Positions 51,781 to 62,000 of a stretch of DNA of 64,000 bases are shown here, in pieces. Where the stretch lies: positions 5,551 through 69,550 of the forward strand of contig JAUCBJ010002964.1 in the NCBI GenBank assembly GCA_032718475.1, written 5' to 3'. The stretch's first letter is position 1. Each line of letters starts with the position of its first letter. The position numbers and the translations under genes are program-made. The notes under the pieces are model-generated. The model saw only the letters and a list, made by a program, of their open reading frames with translations, did not search any database and had not been told where the DNA came from. Origin of the DNA: Nemertoderma westbladi. Taxonomy: Eukaryota; Animalia; Xenacoelomorpha.

Positions 51781-54700
51781 TGCCCGGACCCAACTTACTC
51801 CAATCCTTGTTGGGAATACTCTTAAGATTAAGACAATATTCAATTGCTTTCGCCTCAGATATAGAAGGCATGTTCTTACAAGTCAAGGCGCTGGATAGGG
51901 ATCGAGATAGCCTACGATTTCTGTGGTGGCCTGAAGGAGACCTCAACCAGAAACTGGTGGAGTACTGGATGACCATCCAGGCTTTTGGGATAATCTCAAG
52001 CCCTTCAAACGCCTGTTCCGTGGTGCGCACCACTGCGGATGACAACCGAGACGCCTTCTCTAAAGAGGTGATTGACAACATCAAGCGGGATATATACATG
52101 GACGACAATCTAAAGTCCCTTCCATCAGTCGAAGAAGCCATCGATGTCGCTAAAGGAATGGTAGAGTGCTTAAAAAGAGGTGGATTTCGATTAACTAAAT
52201 TCACCAGCAACTCCCGTGAGTTTCTGGAGTCGATCCCAGTAGAAGATCGAGGAGCGAAAGACCTGGATCTAATAAAAGATGATCTCCCAGAAACTAAGAC
52301 CCTTGGTTTGAAATGGGACACAGAAAGAGATATCCTGTTTTTCCAACTAAAACAGCGAGATAATCCAGTTCGGACTAAACGGATTTGTTTAAGTATCCTG
52401 AGCACTTATTTCGATCCATTGGGATTTATTAGCCCAGTTATATTGATTGCTCGGAGTTTAGTACAACAAATGTGGCTTGAAAACCACTCATGCGACGATC
52501 CACTTAAGGGAGAATTATTAAAGAAGTGGATGAAATGGGAAGATTCTCTACCAGCCATCGAGAACTTTATAATTTCCCGTTCATATTTTGGTCATGTTCT
52601 CCCTACGTATTCCTATCAACTCCATGTGTTTGGAGATGCCAGCGATATGGGAATAGGTATAGTAGCCTACCTAAGGGTGGAAACTCCGGACGGAATCACA
52701 GTCGCCTTGGTTACCTCTAAGGCATTGATAAACAATAAGTTGAAAGTTCCTCGAGCGGAGTTAAAAGCGGCTCTATACGCTACAGCCATCGGCCGGAATG
52801 TAACAGAACAGATCGACTATCCACTGGAGAAAACTGTCTATTGGACCGATGCTTTACTCGTGTTGGAGTATATAACCAATGAAGTCTGTCAGTTCAGCGT
52901 CTTCGTTACCAACAGAGTAGCCATTATACTCAGTCGCACAACGATGGATCAATGGAGACATTGCCCCGGAACGACTAATCCAGCAGACATCGCCTCCAGG
53001 GGAGCAACTCCCCAAGAACTGGTAGACACTCCAGACTGGTTAGGTGGACCCGACTTCCTCTACAAAGAAGAAGAAGAATGGCCTCCTCATCTTACTACCA
53101 CAGAGATTAGACAGGCCAAGGGAGCGGAGAAAGTCAAACCTAAAACTCGGGCGAGTAAATCGAAGTTATTTAAACCTATGGTAGATCTGTCTGTACTACA
53201 TACTTCCGGAGATGACGCTTTGGATCAGAAACCCACAGCCACAAATAAGTCTGTAGTGGAAATCCGTGAGAAGGATTGGAAATCTGGAATACCAGACGTC
53301 TCGCAAGGACTCTCACCTCTCCTGCAGAGAGCGATACATCACTACAGTTCCTGGAATCGGCTCTGTAAGGCCGTCACATATTTAAAACGATGTTTTCATC
53401 ATCACTACTCCGGGACGAAGACCAATAGTGATACCGCTCCACTAACATCGGTGCAGGTCCATGTTGTTAAAGATCTTCCCAAATATAAGATATCCGACAG
53501 GTTTCTGAAGGAGAAGATCAGTTATCAGGAGCATGAAGAAAACAACAAGCAGATGCTGAGACTCCTGCAATGCTATGAGGATTCCGATAAGTATTTCCTG
53601 TTGTTGAGAAATCCACAGATGCGCTTAAGGGATCGTTTCTCTAGCACAATGATAGATGGGTTGATACGTGTTGGAGGAAGATTAACGAATGCTCCATTAT
53701 CCTTTGACACTAAGTTTCCCATACTCATTAGAAATCTTGAAATACAAGTCAAGATGATTGTAGATGTTCACAGCAAACTTTATCATGCTGGTAGAGAACG
53801 AGTTCTTAGCGAAATTCGAACTCGCTATAATTTTTATAAACCCCGTAGAGCTCTGAACCAAGTTCTTAGGAACTGCATACCCTGTAGGAAAGCATTCAGT
53901 AGGCCTTTAACACAGCGAGAGGCAGAATTACCTAGGGAACGAGTAAGCTTCTATGAACCACCCTTTACTAATACCGGTGTGGATTTATTTGGCCCTATTG
54001 AAGTATATCGTGCTAGGACTATAGTCAAGAGATGGTGTGTCATCTTTGTTTGTATGACTTGTAGAGCTATCCATCTCGACATGGTGAACGATTTATCTAC
54101 CAACAGCTTTCTATTAAGCTTACGACGACAGATCGCTCGCTTTGGCACTAGTAACACGATGAGATCTGATAAGGGAACAAACTTCATTGGTGCCAACAAT
54201 GAAATCAAAGCTTACGTCAAAGATTGGAACCAAAGACAGGTGGACGATCAGCTACGAGTAACAGCGTCTAGCTGGACCTTCAACGCCGCCGACGCCCCTT
54301 GGTGGGGAGGAAGTTGGGAGAGATTAATAAGAAGTGTGAAGACCGCATTTCACTTTATAGTGCCTTGCCGCGCGTATCTCACCGACGAACTTTTGCGGAC
54401 GTTAATGGAGGAAATTGCCGCCTATCTCAATGAGAGACCGCTTATGCCAGTCTCATCGAGTCCTGATTCCCTGGAAGCGCTAACACCCGCGCACTTCCTA
54501 CTGAAGAAACCTGTAGCCATGCTCCCACAATCGGAAATCACAGATGGAGACGAATACTGCCGGCAAACTTGGCAACTCATGCAGTTGTTATCCCGTCGTT
54601 TCGCTGACCATTTCGAAAAACATTATCTGCCCACGCTACAACTTCGAACTAAGTGGTTTGCACAGCAAGAAAACGTCAGCGCTGGAGACATGGTTCTTAT

Positions 54701-54980
54701 TGTGGATGTAGATCTTCCACGTAAGCGGTGGCAGACAGGTCGTATCATCGAGACTCACATCTCGGATGACGGTTTGGTGCGATCGGTAGAACTCGTCGTC
54801 ATGCGACGTAACTTCAAGAAACCGGGAATTGTCTTCGAGACACAGCAGCTCAATCGCCCAGTTGGTCGCTTATGTTTACTGGAAAGAGACAGAGAACTCT
54901 CCGGAAACTATGGAAGGCAGGATACTCTTCCCACGACCACCTCCCTAATCCAACAAACATCTAGGGACTCCCCAACTTAA
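51781..54980 (+). CDS. pol: RT-RNase H-integrase part of the element 2 polyprotein (track ORF 51714..54980)
   Basis: GPNLL, DIEGMFLQV, YMDD, FDPLGF, FGDAS, PRAEL, WTD, NPADIASRG, H-H-CC, DLFGP, SDKGTNF, WGGSWER, LNERPL; removing one T at 51779-51781 fuses it to gag. Confidence 0.95.
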
Positions 54981-55540
54981 CAACGGCTGGAGTGGGTGTA
55001 TGACTATATTTTATATTTTATATTTGTTTTTATTCTTTTATATTTATGTATGTATTATTATGTAATTTTATTATAATCGTTTTCTTTAATTTTATTTAGT
55101 AGAATGTTATTTTAGCGATTATTTAGTAGATTAGTGCAATATATATTAGCGTTTATTACTTAATTACTTATATATTATATATTTAGTGCGACGGCGAGAA
55201 ATAATTATTTTTCTCCTTCCTTACTGTCCGTATTACATTACAAATACGTAACTACAGTAAGATGAAATGTCTGTACTTATTAAAGTACAATAAAGCTCCT
55301 ACTATATTTAAGTATTATTGGTAAGCAGAGTATTAGGAATGCAAAATTCAGATCCTCGTGTCTCGGCTAAACCAAGCTCTGGGTAGACCTTGGAAACGAC
55401 TTGCCTCTTCTCACTGACATTGCTTCGTGCGATATTGCTCTCATACCGTATATTAAATAATACATATAGTAGCGTGATGTCCCTTTAACAGTAGCGTATA
55501 AGGCAAAATAAATCTGTTAAACCCTTTGACCATCTGTAAC

Positions 55541-55800
55541 TCTAGTCGATTAAGATATCGTGGCACCCACCGATATACTTGAAAGACAAATTCTAGAATC
55601 AGTGGTTAACATCCCCAGACAAGTTCTGGAATAAATGGTGCCCATCCTAAATATTAATTATTAATATTTACAAAATCTGTCAAATTTTAGATCCTTTAAA
55701 ATTCTAGTCGATTAAGATATCGTAGCACTTACCGATACTCTTAAAAAGACAAAATTCCTAGAATCAAGGATCCCAGTCCCCAGACACGTTCTGGAATAAA
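55541..55800 (+). repeat. Two ~95-bp structured repeats between pol and the accessory ORF
   Basis: 55541-55635 and 55702-55800; each has nested inverted repeats, a CCAGA/TCTGG hairpin and a terminal AATAAA. Confidence 0.75.
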
Positions 55801-56620
55801 ATTGTGTCTATTTAACATTAAATAATAAAATTTACGGGAATAAATTTAAATTCATACATTTCAATGAATTTAATAAATTGTCATTTTTATACAATTTATA
55901 ACATTCCCAAAATTCCTTTAATTAATAGATCATGGGAGCGGAGATTCACTCTATTAAGTGTATTAGTGTGCGAGAATCTCCAATATATAGTCAATAGCCG
56001 ATAAAATTCATAAAATCATGTATAAAGGGGATATTGACCATTAAAGAATTACTATTAAATAGCATCCCAGATCTGTATGCATGAGAATTACCCTAATTCT
56101 ACCGCTAGCTTTCCATAATGTCACCATGGCAACAACCACGCTAGAATTAGAAGTGAGTTAAAAGAACACTAGAAAGCTTGCCCATTGAATAGCATAGGGA
56201 ATAAATAGCGCACTGCTAGTATCCAAGGATACATAATAAATAAAGTGACATTCTGGAAGGTACTGACTAACGGACAAATGGCCCGAATGTGTACAGTTTG
56301 TGACAGTTGTGTCGAATTTGTGCGTTCATAGGTGAATGTTACTGCTAAATTGTGTTTACAGTAGCTAGTCGCAATTGTGAAAGTAGCCCTAACTCTCCAG
56401 AAAGAACCTGAAGTACATCTAAGCCTTTGGGACGGACAGTGGAGTGACTTGTGCCGGTTATCATTGTCGTTATGTAGCTACATCGTTGGCGAAAGCACAG
56501 CGACGACGGTACATCGGCGCTGAGAATCTTGCACTGTCCGGGGGCAAAAGAGGGGTAGGCAGCGACGCCCGCTAGCCTAATATATAAACTCATTATAATA
56601 TTGATAAACTCATAGCAGAT

Positions 56621-57808
56621 ATGACTGAGTTGATAGAAGATGTTCTTAGTATCAGGGAGCGATATACTCTACCTTTACAAGCGTTTGTCGATAGCTTGAA
56701 ACGCGGCGACGCTGGTCCAACTCCTACGGAGGATGATGGTCGTTATATCGAACCGCCAATGTCCTAGGAGCAACTTACGCGTGAATTGGATTATAGAAAG
56801 TTCACCGCTCGCTATACGCATCGTAATGGTACGTATATGGACTTCTTAACTACTGGCCATCCTATCGATTTACACGATACGGACGACGTAGACACCGAAA
56901 GGGAAATGGTTTTATTTAAATATCATACCCAGCGGAGTCGGCACGATAAACCGAGAATAGAACACGAGAATTCTATTCGAAATCAGCTCGAAAGATAGAA
57001 CGTGGAAGAAGGCTTGTAGAGACAAATAGAGGAGAACCACTGGAGAAGAGACATGGGTTAATGTCCAGGGTCCATAATGTGAATAGTTTTCCCCAGGGCA
57101 CGGGTGCTCGCGGGCGGTCTCCTTCGGGAGGCTGTAAATTTCTCTTCCTTCATCGTTTTCCTGTAATTATTGTGATCAGTGTCACAATTAAAAGGCAAGA
57201 ATGAATGATGACATGACGGAAAACTTGTCCATTGTGGTATCTTATGGATACTACCATATATCCTCCCTCCCCTTTACTTCCCTTATCCCTCTATACATCG
57301 CTATTGAAAATACAACATTCTTCGTCCCACCTTCTCTTCCCAACGCGCTCGGAGCTTTGGGAAACGATCGACCAATCATTGCCGTATCGTGGTATTGATT
57401 ATACCACCTCTTAATAAACCTCCCATCCCTTACTATTAATCTGGATGCTCATATTGGTGTCCGCACCTCCTGTCCATGTCACACTCTGTTGATATTTATG
57501 ATATCAACTTCCACCCTCTCGTTGTTGATTAGAAAATCAACCACCAATGATTTCCTTAAGTCCACAACCGTGATACAAGGACTGAAAGGACATGCGGATA
57601 GTTTGTGAACAACTGGTACCATTATGTGTCATAAATCTGGTTGTTCACCCCCTAATCACTGGGGATAAATTCATTTGGAGATAGTCATCGAATGATGCAA
57701 TCCTCCTACTGAGATCGTATTTCGGAATATTTCTAAATACGACATAGGTCTTCCCCTGCTCTCTACCACTACCATCAATGGAAGACATATTAGGCATACG
57801 ACGGGAAT
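56621..57808 (+). pseudogene. Probable decayed 5' part of the element 2 accessory ORF
   Basis: ATG at 56621 after TATATAAA (56581-56588); coding-like composition; 56621 and 56786..56998 are in the same frame as 57809, with many scattered stops. Confidence 0.45.
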
Positions 57809-59584
57809 ATGGAGAACATTCCATACCCTTTCGTGGATACTCAGCTGATTGCTCCCTGGGCAGAAGGCCGAGGTTTCTTCCGCACTATGTATGCAAATAC
57901 ACCCAGCGGCATTACTAAAGTACAACGAACCTCCATCGGACATCTTGCCTTTCAAGAATACGGATGGAATTTCAAGGTTGGAAATCCTATAAATTACCAA
58001 CAAGTATATGGAGATCATTATTCTCGTTTATACTTTGATGGACCATTGACCGCACCTGGCGCCGTGTATAGCTTTATGAGTGTTCCACTTCGTCCCTCCT
58101 TAGCTATATACACGATCTTTGAAAACGCAGCACTTGCCGGTTGGCTAACCGATGTGTGCAGTCGTACCATACGCGCCCATCCCTTAATACTTGGAACCAA
58201 ACTCGCCAAGTTAGATGAACACAATAAATTCATCCGCTTCGAATGTTTCAGGCGCTTTCTGACTCCGTTCCGTAACGTTGATAGTCAGTTCAAGGACTGC
58301 GCTCTGACCAAGCTCAGCCTAAGAGACTCAGCTGCGGAGAAGCTAAACAGCGCGGGATTTGCTCTCTTTCAGGACGTTTGTATACAGAACTTACATTCAT
58401 CTGTTATACAAAGACCCCGAATACCCACAGGTTATTCTGTCGTGGAAGTTCAGACAGTGGGTCCGCTTGCGGAGACAGCCGCACCTACCTCAGCTATGCA
58501 ATTGGAAGACGAACCAATATGCTTAGAATCTGAAGCGATCCAGCCTAGAGCGCCCCGGAGCAGCGATAACGATTACGTCTTGGAGTGGTATCAAGGTCCA
58601 CAATGTCTCACCGCATACGATTATCGACACGCCAACTATGTTTCTCGAAAACGTTGTCGATTATGCGCATCGAGAGACCATTTCACCCCTATGGACTCAG
58701 ACGTACCCTGCTCCTATTTCCACGAACAGCCAATGATAGAGATCTATTGTGCGTATTGCAGACTTAATAACTCGCATATTTTTGCAGTCTGCCCCCAATT
58801 TATGACCCAATGCCACCACTGTCAACTTAAAGGACATGCCAGTTATAATTGCCCCTTTAACCGCGATTTAGAAAGCGTAGATGAGATGATTACCCTGCGC
58901 TACATCCGAGCTTGGGAAGCGAACGCGGATTTACATTGTGAGTCCCGCCATCGTTACTATCCTGGACGCTCTTACGAGGGAGTTTACGCGTTCCATCCCT
59001 ATCTATTCGCGTCTGTGGAACAAAAAACACGCACACCGAGTTACGAACTAATGAAGCATGTTGGTGAGTGTATTTCCACCAAATTTGTTCGAAAATATCT
59101 TAGGAACGTCAATCCTAACGATATTACTTTATACCATTTGATCAATTACATCCGTCAAGACCCTGAGTATGGAGATTTATTTATCAACTCGCACCCTGAG
59201 TTACAGGAAGTATCTCGACGGCCCTACGAATATCGAGCCCGAGAACGCGAGCTGGAAAGAACCATTAAACCAAGGAAGTTTCTCACCACTCATGGTCCGC
59301 CTACCGCCATTGTCCAGACGACCCGTCAAGGACCCGTAGGAGCTGCTGTCCTAAGACGCACCCTAAAGGCCGTTAGACCTCTCTCCACTGAAGTTGATAT
59401 CGATCAACCAGGTACCTCGACCGGCGGATACACCGATCGTAATCCTAAACCTTCTGATGCAATTGTATTGCACCCTTCACCCAGGAGTTACAGCCCTCCT
59501 AGTAAAGTGGCTCGCCCCAAAGAGAAAAGGACTCTTGCTAGCCTCAAAAAACTGCGTAAACGCTGTCCGCGTAAGAAAGACTAA
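57809..59584 (+). CDS. Accessory ORF of element 2 (591 aa): C-terminal half of a DEDDy-like exonuclease fold, three zinc knuckles, basic tail
   Basis: FVDTQL, SIGHLAFQEYGWNFK, VYSFMSVPLRPSLAIYTIFE; CRLCASRDH, CAYCRLNNSHIFAVC, CHHCQLKGHASYNC, WEANAD; colinear with 13119-15616; ends KKLRKRCPRKKD (NLS-like). Confidence 0.8.
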   Translation: MENIPYPFVDTQLIAPWAEGRGFFRTMYANTPSGITKVQRTSIGHLAFQEYGWNFKVGNPINYQQVYGDHYSRLYFDGPLTAPGAVYSFMSVPLRPSLAIYTIFENAALAGWLTDVCSRTIRAHPLILGTKLAKLDEHNKFIRFECFRRFLTPFRNVDSQFKDCALTKLSLRDSAAEKLNSAGFALFQDVCIQNLHSSVIQRPRIPTGYSVVEVQTVGPLAETAAPTSAMQLEDEPICLESEAIQPRAPRSSDNDYVLEWYQGPQCLTAYDYRHANYVSRKRCRLCASRDHFTPMDSDVPCSYFHEQPMIEIYCAYCRLNNSHIFAVCPQFMTQCHHCQLKGHASYNCPFNRDLESVDEMITLRYIRAWEANADLHCESRHRYYPGRSYEGVYAFHPYLFASVEQKTRTPSYELMKHVGECISTKFVRKYLRNVNPNDITLYHLINYIRQDPEYGDLFINSHPELQEVSRRPYEYRARERELERTIKPRKFLTTHGPPTAIVQTTRQGPVGAAVLRRTLKAVRPLSTEVDIDQPGTSTGGYTDRNPKPSDAIVLHPSPRSYSPPSKVARPKEKRTLASLKKLRKRCPRKKD

Positions 59585-59654
59585 CTGTTTAGAGTATTTT
59601 TATATTTTAGAAACTGTGATTTGTTATATTTTATAGACTTAAATCCCATTTTCT

Positions 59655-59662
59655 GGGAGCGG
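59655..59662 (+). other. Polypurine tract of element 2 (GGGAGCGG)
   Basis: G-rich run abutting the 3' LTR TG; overlaps a TCCCA/TGGGA hairpin. Confidence 0.7.
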
Positions 59663-60805
59663 TGTAAAGGCTTTTGCGGAATTGGCCGGTTATTTCCCCC
59701 GTAAAGTACTCTTTAGTTGGTTTAACAGGCATAAAAGGCCGTGTCCTTACTGTACTGGTGTTTTAGAGGACATAAAAGCCATTTCTTCTGTATGTGTACT
59801 TTAGCGGACATAATTAGCAATTCTATGACGCAATACGCCAGATCCTCTTGAAACAGTGTAGCTACCATGACGACGGCTAACAGCTGATGCTGTACACGTG
59901 GAGCTTTTTCTTTGTTCTCTGTTCCTTCTTTGTTCGTTCGACCAATCAGAGCGTTTTTTGCCTCTGTGTTGGAGATTGTATATAGAAACTCGTGGAGTTG
60001 AGTCAGTATGTGATTTTGTCCACAGCCTAGAACACCGGCTTTGGAACCTCCGTGTTTCAGTCTTTAGCCCAACATTAGTAGGCTTAATTATAGAACATAT
60101 ATCTGTTATCAAATCGATCATATCAATTTATATCTTAACATTTTACTGCTATTTACTGTCGGTTATTCATTATATTTGTTGATGGAATATTATATTTGGA
60201 ATACTGATAAATAATCAGACACCCCAATCTTCTTGATATACTAAAGGTTAGAGAGACCGGTTACATATAACGATTGCGACTTACATTAAGTGGTTTGAAG
60301 TGAATCTAATGCTATTTCATAAGCCCTACATGTATTGTCTGTTGTTCTCTTTATATGTGACTAAATTTAGTGAAGGTCGGCAGATTAGTGTGCAGCATTG
60401 TGCAGTATTGTGTATGATTGTGACTGATAACAAAGCATCTCCTAAAGAATGCGCCATATACGTGAATCTATAGCCATCCCGTTGTGTCTAGTTTAAGTCA
60501 TATCTCTGTTTACATATTTAGAGCGCCACGTCCTAAAGGAACTGTTAATATTTCCCGAAAGTGAATAATATTTGTCAGAGATTATATATTACGATCAGTC
60601 GAATAATACAGTAGGCCTACCCCGCAATACGGTTAGGCTTCCGAATCCAGTCTCCCGGGTATATCCAGCGGGTGAATGATCGCTCATAGACTGGTTTCGG
60701 CTAATGTAGTGTATCAAATACTTGTCATAGGCTAAAGACGATCTATTATCTAAAAGACATCCCAATTTGGCAGGTTAAACTGCTAAAGGTCTGAAAGCGC
60801 GAACA
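59663..60805 (+). repeat. 3' LTR of element 2
   Basis: Near-identical to 43534-44676; followed by TSD ATGGG. Confidence 0.97.
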
Positions 60806-60810
60806 ATGGG

Positions 60811-61044
60811 ATCCCTGTTGCGATTTAATAGAATCCTATTGTATAGCTTTGCAGCAATCGAGATCAATGAGATTCCCCGAAAAGAACCATACAGTGTTAG
60901 GTTGTCCTTCTTGGGAAATGGCACCAACTTATTTGTTTTCATTTCTTGTGGGACTCTTGTTGTTCGGTACATGTCTACTATGATGGGATAGATGAGCTTT
61001 AAACACTCAGGTATTTTAAAGACCTCAGGGGGAACACCATCTAC
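60811..61044 (-). mobile_element. RTE copy 3, 5' part
   Basis: Resumes the RTE sequence exactly after the TSD; same truncation point as copy 2 (32412). Confidence 0.9.
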
Positions 61045-62000
61045 ATCTCTATATATCTACATCTTCATCCATATACATCTTTTCTCAACTAGAACACTAC
61101 TGATAGGCCTAATCAATTAAGATGCTAATAAATAATGCTCCACAGTCAGACAGTAGTTAATTTCGTATTCTGATTTTAATGAACAAATAATAATATATAC
61201 AAAATTTAGCTTACCGGTACACTAAAAGGGGCATTCGCGATTACATCAAATATTAACCGAGTCATTTGTTATTAGCATTCAAACATTTCCAACGACGAAT
61301 AAAGACCGATATGCAGATATGCTAAAGACTTACCTTACTTAGGCTAGACTTCGTAGCTCGCCCCACGCACACCCACACCTTCACCTTCCACCTTCACCTT
61401 GTCACCTTTCAGTTTTTATATTCTACTCATCAGCTCATACTGTCATAGGTTATTCGTATCTGTTCTGTTCCCACCCCAAGTCCAAAACTGCCAAGCAAGA
61501 ACAAAGCTCTCTCACAACATATTATATTTAATACCTTGTGACCCAACAGCCCAATGTCTTTGTCACATTTGTCATCCAATGAGAATGAGAATACTGGATT
61601 CAAATAATTCTGTAGGGTGGCCTGTTATTGACTGAGTTCTGGAGTTAAGGCTGTAAGCAGGTAAGGAGGCCAATTCAGTCTCCTTCACAGGATTTAGTCT
61701 CATGTACTGATGTAGACACGGAAAAGAGTACAGCTGTACAGGGGTATCTTTCCGATTGCTCGAAGGTAAATCATCCTCTAACAACTCGTAGGCCTTGCTG
61801 CCTTGGCCTACCGATACTTGGTCGAACGTGTCTGACTCAAACGAAGGAGCCTACCTGCTGGCTGGCTGGACGGGCGTAGCACATCTCTGCCATCTGCGCA
61901 GCCCTTCCACCTTCTAGCACTTTCAGACTTTGCTGCTTTGCCTGCCCTTGCACATTCTGCGCCGGCTCCCGCTGTGTTGCGCGCGCAGTTGCAAGGTCAA

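Larger units (their letters stand above)
43534..60805 (+). mobile_element. Full-length Bel/Pao LTR retrotransposon, element 2 (17.3 kb, near-intact, extra 3' ORF)
   Basis: Two 1143-bp LTRs TGTAAAGG...GCGAACA with about seven substitutions by eye; TSD ATGGG (43529-43533, 60806-60810) inside RTE copy 3; gag-PR-RT-RH-IN order. Confidence 0.97.

Noticed and set aside
51677-52405. 242-aa minus-strand ORF
   Set aside because: Antisense shadow of the RT domain.
57809-59584. env gene in the position typical of retrovirus-like elements
   Set aside because: No signal peptide, fusion peptide or TM anchor seen; Cys/His knuckles and exonuclease-like motifs instead.
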